Part shown: positions 1 to 8,743 of the stretch, one piece after another
Position numbering within the stretch: the first letter of the stretch is position 1
Layout of the letters: each line of letters opens with the position of its first letter
Virus record (IMG/VR): IMGVR_UViG_3300030372_004501
Span: 1 to 61,655 of that record
DNA length: 61,655 bases
Source of the DNA: a virus
Lineage: Duplodnaviria; Caudoviricetes
Strand: one strand, 5' to 3'
Made by a program: the position numbers and the translations under genes
The notes under the pieces: model-generated
Databases searched by the model: none
Told to the model about the DNA's origin: nothing
What the model saw: the letters and a program-made list of their open reading frames with translations, nothing else

Positions 1-135
1 AGATTAAAAGAATGGGTTCTTATTGGTATGTTAGGGCAAGTACCAGTTAGAGATTCAGCAATAATTCCAACACATTGGAAAAAAATGAAAAACTTAGAGA
101 GTGGAATAGATAAATATTTCATCTTTAATAAATAG
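1..135 (+). CDS. 3' end of tail fibre/appendage protein with peptidase G2-like autocleavage C-terminus (partial)
   Basis: Frame 1 reads RLKEWVLIGMLGQVPVRDSAIIPTHWKKMK...FNK*; EWxxxGxLGQVxVRD resembles the phi29 gp12-type intramolecular chaperone tail. Confidence 0.6.
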   Translation, partial: RLKEWVLIGMLGQVPVRDSAIIPTHWKKMKNLESGIDKYFIFNK

Positions 136-143
136 GAGAATAA

Positions 144-1613
144 ATGGCATACGTAGGACAAGGAATTAAAAATGGCACGTTTAGTGTATTAGATACAAGT
201 GGAAATACTTATAATGGTTCTAATACAACTTTTAATTTAGGTACACAAGTAGGATCCCCTGCACAGCTTTTAGTCTCACACGACGGGGTAATTCAAAAAC
301 CCGTAACAGATTATACAATAGCTACAGGTGGAACACAGATTACATTTACGACTGCTCCTGCAAGTGGTGCGTCAATATTTATAACAGAAATATCTGGTGC
401 AGTAGGTGGCCCAATGAACCGTGATATAAACGGTGATGAATTAATTTTAGATGTTGATGGTGATACAAGCATTACAGCAGATACGGATGATCAGATAGAT
501 ATTAGAGTAGCTGGTACAGACCAAATTACCATTAAAGATGGTGCTGTATCTCCTGTTACAGATAATGATGTAGATTTAGGTACAACTTCTTTAGAATTTA
601 AAGATGGGTATTTTGATGGTACCTTACATTGCGATGTATTAGATTTAGCAGGAACAGAACACACTTCTATTTCAGCAGGTTTAACAGGTATTGATGACCA
701 ATCATCTTCTAATGATGACCAATTAACTATTGCAGATGGAGAAATATGTATTAATGAAGACTCTGATGATTTAGATTTTAGAATAGAAAGTAATTCAAAC
801 ACTCATGCTTTTTTTCTAGATGGGCAACATAATTCTCGTATAACTTGCGGTGCTTCTGCGGGGGAGAATGCAGGAGGATATACCTCTGTATTTACAGTAA
901 TACAACTAGATGATAATCCGGCTATGTCTTTACAAGCTAAAAAAAATAATGATGGTGGTCCTTCATTTGTTTTTGTTAAATCAAGAAACACAGCAGTAGG
1001 AAGTTTTACATCAGTTGCAAATAATGATGTTTTAGGCGGGATACGTTGGGCGGCTGATGATGGTGGTGACACAGAGACACAAGGTGGGGTTATAGATTGT
1101 AGAGTAGATGGAACACCCGGTGCAAATGATATGCCTACGAGAATGGGTTTAATGGTTACGCCAGATGGTGCAAATAGTGTTAATGAAAGATTTAGAATAT
1201 CACAAAATGGTGATTTAACTGCAAGTGATACAAGTATAGGTTCTTTATCAGATCAAAGATTAAAAGATAATATCAAAGATTATACCTATGATTTAGAAAC
1301 ATTTAAAAAATATAAACCAAGAACTTTTGATTGGAAAAATCCTGTAGAGCACAGTGGTAGAACAGATAATAGAGGATTTATTGCACAAGAAATTAAAACA
1401 GTTGATGATTACTGGACATATGAATATGAAATAAACAAAGAAAATGCAGATTATAGTATTATCTACAACGATGATGGTTCTTTAAAAGATGGAAAAAAAG
1501 CAATGGCTTCTAAATTAGATAAAACAGATGCTATGTATATTTCCGTTATACAACAATTAATAACAAAAATAGAAACACTTGAAACTAAAGTTAAAGCATT
1601 AGAGGATGCTTAA
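144..1613 (+). CDS. Tail fibre protein with C-terminal intramolecular chaperone (peptidase S74)
   Basis: Thr/Gly/Asp-rich beta repeats; SDQRLKDNIKD...GFIAQE...coiled-coil C-terminus typical of S74 domains; AGGAG RBS. Confidence 0.85.
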   Translation: MAYVGQGIKNGTFSVLDTSGNTYNGSNTTFNLGTQVGSPAQLLVSHDGVIQKPVTDYTIATGGTQITFTTAPASGASIFITEISGAVGGPMNRDINGDELILDVDGDTSITADTDDQIDIRVAGTDQITIKDGAVSPVTDNDVDLGTTSLEFKDGYFDGTLHCDVLDLAGTEHTSISAGLTGIDDQSSSNDDQLTIADGEICINEDSDDLDFRIESNSNTHAFFLDGQHNSRITCGASAGENAGGYTSVFTVIQLDDNPAMSLQAKKNNDGGPSFVFVKSRNTAVGSFTSVANNDVLGGIRWAADDGGDTETQGGVIDCRVDGTPGANDMPTRMGLMVTPDGANSVNERFRISQNGDLTASDTSIGSLSDQRLKDNIKDYTYDLETFKKYKPRTFDWKNPVEHSGRTDNRGFIAQEIKTVDDYWTYEYEINKENADYSIIYNDDGSLKDGKKAMASKLDKTDAMYISVIQQLITKIETLETKVKALEDA

Positions 1614-2008
1614 TGCTACTAGGTCACGGAACAATAGGACAATTTGCAGTAGCCGAAGCGCTATCTGGACTTGTTGTTAATGCAGGAACAGTTGATGTTT
1701 CCATGGGCCAAGCGGCAACGTTTAGTATTGGAACAGAAACAGTTACAGGTACTGCAGAATTTGCTGTTACAACAGCTGGTGCAGGAACATTTAGTTTAGG
1801 CACTGAGGTAGCGACTGGTGGAGCAGACATTGATGTGACAAGTGCTGGAGTACCAACATTTAGCATTGGTGATGAAACAGCGTTTGGTGAAGCATTCCAG
1901 AACTTAATTTCATTTAGTACTGGTGAACCAAACTTCTTTATTTGGAATCAAACTGATGATAGCGAAACATCAACATGGTCTAATGTAGAACCAGGATCAA
2001 GTGATTAG
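1613..2008 (+). CDS. Putative virion/tail protein
   Basis: TAATG-coupled; repeated TFSIG/TFSLG units; lies in tail module. Confidence 0.55.
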   Translation: MLLGHGTIGQFAVAEALSGLVVNAGTVDVSMGQAATFSIGTETVTGTAEFAVTTAGAGTFSLGTEVATGGADIDVTSAGVPTFSIGDETAFGEAFQNLISFSTGEPNFFIWNQTDDSETSTWSNVEPGSSD

Positions 2009-2016
2009 GATATAAT

Positions 2017-2484
2017 ATGGCAGATGATGCAAGTATAACATTAAGCGCAACTATCTTACCAGATGAGATTTCTAAAACTATTAGTGGATCTATGACGGTG
2101 ACACCGGATGATGCAAATGATAAATGGTACTACAAGTTAACAGCAGTAACTACTACTAGTGCTGATTTAATTGCTGGTCGCTTTATTGATTATACTGCCG
2201 TTGATCAGGATACTGATATGACAGCGGTAAGTACAAGTGATAAAGTAAAATTTTTATTTATTAAGAACACAAGCACAGCAGATGGTATTGTAATATGCTT
2301 AGATGGTGGAACAGCGGCTAATGATTTAGCTGATGGAATTTTTATTGGTCCAGAACAATCATGGTTTGGAAGACTTCCAAACGTGACAGTTGCTAATATT
2401 CATGCTATATCTTCTGATGTAGCAGACGCTGGCGATGCAACAGCAAATGCAATCGTTGCTGCTTTAATAGACGACGTGGCATAA
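2017..2484 (+). CDS. Putative virion structural protein
   Basis: Acidic Ala/Thr/Asp-rich ORF with RBS in tail module. Confidence 0.55.
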   Translation: MADDASITLSATILPDEISKTISGSMTVTPDDANDKWYYKLTAVTTTSADLIAGRFIDYTAVDQDTDMTAVSTSDKVKFLFIKNTSTADGIVICLDGGTAANDLADGIFIGPEQSWFGRLPNVTVANIHAISSDVADAGDATANAIVAALIDDVA

Positions 2485-2493
2485 GGAGGATAA

Positions 2494-3495
2494 ATGGCTT
2501 CAACATATTCAAGTTCACTAAACCTAGAGCTTCAAGCAACTGGTGAAAACTCAGGAACATGGGGAACAATAACAAATAACAATTTACAAAAGCTGGAATC
2601 AGCTATTAAAGGATATGTATCTGTAGCTGTTGCTAGCACTTCTGATTCTTTGACTGCATCTGATGGTTCTACAACAGATGAACAAAGTAATGCGATAATT
2701 AAATTAACAGGCACACTTACTGGTAATACAACCATGCAGTGTGAAGCTGTAGAGTCCTGGTATATTGTTGATAATGCTACAAGCATGGGGACATATACAT
2801 TAGGATTTAAACCAGCAGGTGGAACAGCTGCTTCGCTTGTATCAAGTTCAAAACATTTACTTTATTCTGACGGATCAACTATGTTTGATGTATTAGCGGA
2901 TTGTGGAAACATTTCAGCAAATGGTACATTGACTGTGGCAGGTAATGTTGAATTCGATGGTGGTAGTTTTATATTTAATCAATCATCAGCAGACGTTGAT
3001 TTTAGAATTGAAGGAAACGGAGATGCTAACTTATTTTTTACTGATGCAGGAAACGATCGTGTTGGAATTAAAACAGGTTCACCTTCAACAGAATTACACG
3101 TTGTAGGTGGAGTTAAAGCAACAGGTAGTATTGATTTTGATGGTGGTGGATTTGTATTTAATGAATCTCACGCTGCAGTTGATTTTAGAATAGAAACAGA
3201 TACTTTAACACATGCTTTTTTTGCTGATGGTTCTGCTGATAAAATTGGTTTTGGTACATCTACACCTGCAGATGCAAGTGTAGAAATTAATCAAGCTAAT
3301 TCTTCTGGTGCTATTGCATGTTTATCATTAGATCAAGACGATACAGATCAACCTTTTATTAAATTTGATGGAACAACTGCTTCTGATCAAAGTAAAAGTC
3401 TTTCAACAGATACAAGTGTAGGATCATTAACAGGACATATTCGTGTTGATATTAACGGAACGGATTTTTGGATACCTTACTACGCAACTAACTAG
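2494..3495 (+). CDS. Tail fibre / fibre-attachment protein
   Basis: N-terminal MASTYSS..LELQATGENSGTWG motif common in marine podovirus tail proteins; repeated NxxxxxxDFRIE units. Confidence 0.7.
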   Translation: MASTYSSSLNLELQATGENSGTWGTITNNNLQKLESAIKGYVSVAVASTSDSLTASDGSTTDEQSNAIIKLTGTLTGNTTMQCEAVESWYIVDNATSMGTYTLGFKPAGGTAASLVSSSKHLLYSDGSTMFDVLADCGNISANGTLTVAGNVEFDGGSFIFNQSSADVDFRIEGNGDANLFFTDAGNDRVGIKTGSPSTELHVVGGVKATGSIDFDGGGFVFNESHAAVDFRIETDTLTHAFFADGSADKIGFGTSTPADASVEINQANSSGAIACLSLDQDDTDQPFIKFDGTTASDQSKSLSTDTSVGSLTGHIRVDINGTDFWIPYYATN

Positions 3496-3503
3496 GAGCT
3501 TTT

Positions 3504-5381
3504 ATGCCATTACAAAAACTTAGAGTAGCACCTGGTATAGATAAACAAAATACCGAATACGGTGCAGAAGGTAAATGGGTAGATAGTGATAATGTACGCT
3601 TTCGTTATGGACAACCTGAAAAAATTGGTGGTTGGGAAAAAGTTTCAAGCGACGCTCTCCTTGGTGCAACTCGCGCTATACTTACATGGTCCAGTAATGC
3701 CGGCGTTAACTACGCTATGTACGGAACTAATAAAAAACTATATGCATATTCTGAGGGAAGTTATGCAGATATAACACCGACGCGTGGAACAGGATCTATT
3801 ACACAATTTGCAACAACGTCAGGATCAAAAACAGTTACAGTTACAGATGCATCACACGGCGCATTAATTGGTGATCATGTTACTATTTCAAGTGTTAGTG
3901 GTGCTATTGGTGGAATTACGCAAGCTAATTTACAAAATGAATTTGAAATATTAACAGCAGTTGATGCTAATACTTACACGATTGAGTCACCAGCTGCAGC
4001 ATCATCTTCAGCAACAGGTGCAACAGCAACCGCAACTTATCAAATAAATTCAGGACCAGCTACATCAATATACGGATATGGATGGGGCGCTAGTGTGTGG
4101 GATTCAACAGGTGATACTGATAAAGGCACGTGGAATGTTACACGTGAAGGACTAACAGGTCCACAAGAAGTAAAATTATCAGCAGAAAACTGGGCACTTG
4201 ATAACTGGGGTGAAGATGTATTAGCACAAAAATTTGATGGTAGTTTATATTATTGGGACACATCATCAGGATTATCTAGTAATGTGGCAGCAAGAACAAA
4301 TGTTTCTAATGCACCAACTAAATCAAGATTTATGTTAGTATCTGGTGATGATCGTCACGTTATTTGTTTTGGCACTGAAACAACAATAGGTACAACTACA
4401 ACACAAGATAATATGTTTATACGTTGGTCAGATCAAGAAGATACAAATACGTGGACACCGACTGCAACTAACACTGCTGGATCACAAAGACTTACTGCAG
4501 GAAATAAAATTAATGCAGCTGTTAGATCTAGGGGTGCAATTCTTATTTGGACTGATATGGCATTATATCAAATGCAATTTGTTGGACCACCTTTTACTTT
4601 TGGATTTAAACAATTAGGTGATAATTGTGGTGCAGTAGGAAGTGATGCTGCTATTGATGTTAGTGGTAGAACTTACTGGATGGGCAATGATTCATTCTTT
4701 ACTTTTGATGGTGCTGTGAAAAAAATACCTTGTAGTGTACAAGATTATGTGTTTGATGACATAAATAAAAACGCTCTAAATGAAGTTTTTTGTGCATCAA
4801 ATTCAGACTTTAATGAAATTATATGGTTTTATCCATCAGCAGATTCACTACAAATAGATAGACATGTAACTTATAATTACGCAGAAAATTTATGGTACAC
4901 TGGATCATTGTCTAGAAGCACTTGGGCTGATAGAGGTGTTTATCCAAATCCATATGCAACTGAGTTTGATTCAAGTGATACAACATCTACAATTTCAACT
5001 ATCTATGGTAATAAATCTGGGCGTACTTTTGTTTATGCACACGAAGAAGGTGTTAATGATGATGGTTCTGCTATGAATTGTCATATTGAATCAGGTGATA
5101 TTGATCTTGGCGAAGGAGATAATTTATTATCTATCTCACGTTTTATACCCGACTTTAAAAATCAAGTTGGTAATGTTGACATAACAGTTAAATCAAGATC
5201 TTACCCAGCAACAACACAAACAACACACGGACCATTTGAAATTGCAACAACAACAGAAAAACAAGACACGCGAATAAGAGGAAGACAACTTGCACTTCGT
5301 GTATCAAGTGATGCCGTCGATGATAAATGGCGATACGGAACTATTAGATTTGATGGTAAACCAGACGGAATGAGAGGATAA
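3504..5381 (+). CDS. Tail tubular protein B / packaged-DNA stabilisation protein (beta-propeller)
   Basis: 625 aa with Trp-containing propeller-like repeats (IRWSDQED, EIIWFYPS, WRYGTIRFD); position upstream of internal proteins. Confidence 0.75.
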   Translation: MPLQKLRVAPGIDKQNTEYGAEGKWVDSDNVRFRYGQPEKIGGWEKVSSDALLGATRAILTWSSNAGVNYAMYGTNKKLYAYSEGSYADITPTRGTGSITQFATTSGSKTVTVTDASHGALIGDHVTISSVSGAIGGITQANLQNEFEILTAVDANTYTIESPAAASSSATGATATATYQINSGPATSIYGYGWGASVWDSTGDTDKGTWNVTREGLTGPQEVKLSAENWALDNWGEDVLAQKFDGSLYYWDTSSGLSSNVAARTNVSNAPTKSRFMLVSGDDRHVICFGTETTIGTTTTQDNMFIRWSDQEDTNTWTPTATNTAGSQRLTAGNKINAAVRSRGAILIWTDMALYQMQFVGPPFTFGFKQLGDNCGAVGSDAAIDVSGRTYWMGNDSFFTFDGAVKKIPCSVQDYVFDDINKNALNEVFCASNSDFNEIIWFYPSADSLQIDRHVTYNYAENLWYTGSLSRSTWADRGVYPNPYATEFDSSDTTSTISTIYGNKSGRTFVYAHEEGVNDDGSAMNCHIESGDIDLGEGDNLLSISRFIPDFKNQVGNVDITVKSRSYPATTQTTHGPFEIATTTEKQDTRIRGRQLALRVSSDAVDDKWRYGTIRFDGKPDGMRG

Positions 5382-5382
5382 C

Positions 5383-5553
5383 ATGGCAAAAATAACAGTA
5401 CCACTATTACCACACGCAACGCCAGAGTATAATCAATCACAAATGGCACAACTAATTCAAACATTAGAGCAATTAATTTTTGCTCTTAATAATACATACA
5501 CTTCAGAACCACTTAGAAATGATAATGAAGCTGTAGCATGGTTTTTAGAATAA
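5383..5553 (+). CDS. Small hypothetical virion-associated protein (56 aa)
   Basis: MAKITVPLLPHATPEYNQSQMAQL...AWFLE*; GAGGA RBS; fills the gap exactly (not in ORF track). Confidence 0.7.
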   Translation: MAKITVPLLPHATPEYNQSQMAQLIQTLEQLIFALNNTYTSEPLRNDNEAVAWFLE

Positions 5554-5928
5554 ATGGCAAACGTATATACAAATTATAAAGCAGTTTTATCCAATAGTGC
5601 TCTTACAACATTGTATACAGTAGGCTCAGAAACCACAGCTATTATTAAATCAATTCGTGTATCTAATGTAGATGCTCAAAATGATTGTAAAATATCAATT
5701 TATCTAGTAGATACTAGTAGTGTTAGTTTTAATTTACAGACCGATAGATCTGTTCAAAGTTTAACTACAGAAGAATTATTGTCTGCTGGAAGCTTAGATC
5801 AAGATTCGGCAGATTCTTCCGTTGGTTCACCTTGTCCTTTGGTGGCTAAAGAATCAGAGGTAATTAAGGTACAGGCTGAAAATGGTGGTGATTTACACGT
5901 AATTCTAAGTGTGTTAGAGATAAGTTAA
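5554..5928 (+). CDS. Putative virion structural protein
   Basis: Abuts previous stop; beta-rich, ends SVLEIS like many small tail-associated proteins. Confidence 0.6.
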   Translation: MANVYTNYKAVLSNSALTTLYTVGSETTAIIKSIRVSNVDAQNDCKISIYLVDTSSVSFNLQTDRSVQSLTTEELLSAGSLDQDSADSSVGSPCPLVAKESEVIKVQAENGGDLHVILSVLEIS

Positions 5929-5949
5929 TCATTGCAATGAGGATAAAAA

Positions 5950-6183
5950 ATGGCTATAAATGAAAATACTACCGTGTTAGCTGGAAAAACAACTATTTCA
6001 GCACCTGATGTAGAAACTAAATCTACAATCAAACACGCAAAAACAGGGAAGGTTTATGCAAGTGAATCAGAAGCAGAGGCCGATGTCAATGACCCTGCAA
6101 CTAATACAAAACAAGAGGATATAAAAAGAGACGTGGCAATCAGTGTAAACAAATTACCAGATATATTAGGAGGGAGTTCATAA
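5950..6183 (+). CDS. Hypothetical protein
   Basis: GAGGA RBS; TAATG-coupled to next gene. Confidence 0.6.
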   Translation: MAINENTTVLAGKTTISAPDVETKSTIKHAKTGKVYASESEAEADVNDPATNTKQEDIKRDVAISVNKLPDILGGSS

Positions 6184-7421
6184 TGCATCCATTATTAATG
6201 GCAGCCTTAATTGGCGGCGTAACAGGTGGCGGAACAGCTTATATGTCAGGACGTGACCCACTAAGAGGTGCATTAATAGGCGCCGGAACTGGTGCAGCTA
6301 CAGCAGGAATAGGAAGTATATTTTCTCCAGCAGCAACAGCAGCAAAAGAAGCAGCTCTTAGAGGTTCTTTACTTTCACAAGCATCAGGTCAAGTTCCTGC
6401 GCAAGCAGCAAGCATGGTTACAAAACAAGCAGCAGCAGAAGCAGCTAAAAAAGCTGCAATTGCAAATTTAGGATTTAAAGAACAATTTAAACAAGCATTA
6501 ACAGGTGGATTTCCTGCTGATAAACTAGGTGCATATAAGTATGGTATATTACCAACTGTATCTGGCATGGGAGAATATTTATTAAATCCACGTGCAGAAG
6601 ATGATCCAAAGAAAAGATTTAGACCACCACTTAATATGTTTTATGGACGTAATCCAGGAAGATTTATGTTTGGAGAGTTTACTGATCCAGAAAAAATAAA
6701 AGAAATTTACAGTGATAGAGAAGATCCATATTATTTCCCTGAAGGTGCAGGATACGCTGGAGGTGGAATAGCATCTCTTCGACCACACTATCAAGAAGGT
6801 GGAGACACAAGTGGGCAAATGGGTGCAATGGCATCACGTGTATCATCATATCTTGCGGAACAAGGTATAGAGCCTACAATGGAAAATGTGCAAGATGTAA
6901 TAGAAAAAATTTTAGAACAACAAAATCGTGCCTATGAACCTTTAACAGGTATAGGTGGACAACTTCAACGAATGACACAGCAATATGCTTCTCCAATGGG
7001 AGAACAAATGCAAGATGAAACAGGACGTCCACAAATGAATATGGGAGGTAATCCAAGAAGATACTACCAAGAAGGTGGTATGGGTACGCCTATGTCTCCT
7101 ATGTTACCAACTGGCGATTTGGACATGCGTCCAGGTGGAGAACCAGTGGGCCCAGGAACCGGGGTATCAGATGATATACCAGCTATGTTAAGTGATGGCG
7201 AATTTGTTATGACGGCAGCAGCTGTTGAAGGTGCTGGTGGAGGAGATCGTGGATTGGGATCAGAGCGTATGATGAACATGATGCGTAACTTTGAACAAGG
7301 TGGACAACCATCTCAAGAGTCACAAGGACTTGGTTCAATGGAAGAAACAACTGTGACTGAAATGATCGGACCAGAAGGAATGATGATGGAGGAAGATACA
7401 ATGATGGAAGGTATGATATAA
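6183..7421 (+). CDS. Putative internal virion protein with tape-measure-type GPGTGxSDxIPAxLSxGEFV domain and six xxxGG motifs
   Basis: Gly/Ala-rich N-terminus; GPGTGVSDDIPAMLSDGEFVMTAAAV starting at 7149; YAGGG, YQEGG x2, MNMGG, MRPGG, FEQGG. Confidence 0.65.
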   Translation: MHPLLMAALIGGVTGGGTAYMSGRDPLRGALIGAGTGAATAGIGSIFSPAATAAKEAALRGSLLSQASGQVPAQAASMVTKQAAAEAAKKAAIANLGFKEQFKQALTGGFPADKLGAYKYGILPTVSGMGEYLLNPRAEDDPKKRFRPPLNMFYGRNPGRFMFGEFTDPEKIKEIYSDREDPYYFPEGAGYAGGGIASLRPHYQEGGDTSGQMGAMASRVSSYLAEQGIEPTMENVQDVIEKILEQQNRAYEPLTGIGGQLQRMTQQYASPMGEQMQDETGRPQMNMGGNPRRYYQEGGMGTPMSPMLPTGDLDMRPGGEPVGPGTGVSDDIPAMLSDGEFVMTAAAVEGAGGGDRGLGSERMMNMMRNFEQGGQPSQESQGLGSMEETTVTEMIGPEGMMMEEDTMMEGMI

Positions 7422-7428
7422 AAAGAAA

Positions 7429-7881
7429 GTGAGTTGGGACTTTGTAACAGAAAGGGATATACCATCTCTTCTGCAATTAACAATAGACACATACAAGGAG
7501 TCTGAATGGAGTGATACTGATTGGGATATAAAAAAGATAGAGCGTATGTTGTATCGAGCGATCAATGAACCTCATCAATTTTTTATCAAAGTTATGCGTA
7601 AAGATAAAATAATTGGATATCTTTTAGGTCACTATCAAGATTACTTTCACAATGACAAATTGTTTGCGACTGAAGATTTTATTTATGTTGTGCCTTCAAA
7701 ACGTGGAGGAGCAACAGCTCTGAAGATGATGCGTTTATTCATCAACTGGGCAAAAGGCATAGGAGTAAAGGAGATTTATTTTGAACCATCGGTTAACAAA
7801 AAAGATATTACACGATTTGATTCTTTCGCCAAGAAATTGGGGATGGAAGAATATTGTAAACATTATAGGATTAAAGTATGA
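7429..7881 (+). CDS. GNAT-family acetyltransferase-like protein
   Basis: FIYVVPSKRGGATALKMMRLFINWAKGIG matches GNAT motif A; GTG start. Confidence 0.75.
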   Translation: MSWDFVTERDIPSLLQLTIDTYKESEWSDTDWDIKKIERMLYRAINEPHQFFIKVMRKDKIIGYLLGHYQDYFHNDKLFATEDFIYVVPSKRGGATALKMMRLFINWAKGIGVKEIYFEPSVNKKDITRFDSFAKKLGMEEYCKHYRIKV

Positions 7882-8738
7882 GTAAGCCATCGGCACCACC
7901 AATGCCACCTGACGTTACAACTCAGACGCAATACGTACGTGAAGCACCTGAGATAGAAGCACGTAAGTTAGGATTAATGGACACTGCTTCGCAGTTGGCG
8001 CAGACAGGTTTAACAATTCCAACACAACAAGTAGCTGGATTTGAACCAACACAAACACAAGCATTTCAAAGACAACAAGCTGGATTAGGAACTTATGAAC
8101 CATTCTTAGGGGCAGCAGCACAATATGCAGGACAAACAACTGGTGCTTATGATCCACAATCTTATCAACAATTTTTAAATCCATACCAAGATTACGTAAC
8201 ACAAGGTATTGAAGATCAATTTGCTAAAATGCAAAACCAAGCTGCAGCAAGAGGAGTTCAAACAGGTGCGTTTGGTGGAGCTCGAGAAGGAATTCAATCT
8301 GCTGAACTTGGAGCACAACAAGCACAGACCGTAGGACAATCACTAGCTCAAGGTTATGGCGCAGCACAACAACAAGCAATGGGGTCTTTCCAAGATCAAC
8401 AAAGAAGATTACAACAAGCTGCACAATTTAGTGCAGGTTTAGGACAACAATTACAACAACAACAAGCTGCCGATGTTACTGGTCTTTTACAAACTGGAAC
8501 AATGCAACAACAAAGATCACAAATGGAAGAGGACGCTAAGTTTAAACAACAAATGGCACAACTTTATGAGCCGTATCAACGTACTGGATTTGTATCAGAC
8601 ATTTATCAAGGCGCACCAACAAGTGCATCTTCATTAACAATGTCTACTGCACCAGGAACTAACCCATTAGCACAAGCCGTTGGCGCTGGAATTACGGGTC
8701 TTGCAGCGTACCAAGGATTTGCGAATCAGAAAAATTAG
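7878..8738 (+). CDS. Gln-rich internal virion / DNA transfer (pilot-like) protein
   Basis: Very Gln/Ala/Gly-rich helical sequence, GAFGGAR motif, hydrophobic Gly-rich C-terminus. Confidence 0.65.
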   Translation: MSKPSAPPMPPDVTTQTQYVREAPEIEARKLGLMDTASQLAQTGLTIPTQQVAGFEPTQTQAFQRQQAGLGTYEPFLGAAAQYAGQTTGAYDPQSYQQFLNPYQDYVTQGIEDQFAKMQNQAAARGVQTGAFGGAREGIQSAELGAQQAQTVGQSLAQGYGAAQQQAMGSFQDQQRRLQQAAQFSAGLGQQLQQQQAADVTGLLQTGTMQQQRSQMEEDAKFKQQMAQLYEPYQRTGFVSDIYQGAPTSASSLTMSTAPGTNPLAQAVGAGITGLAAYQGFANQKN

Positions 8739-8743
8739 GTCGC

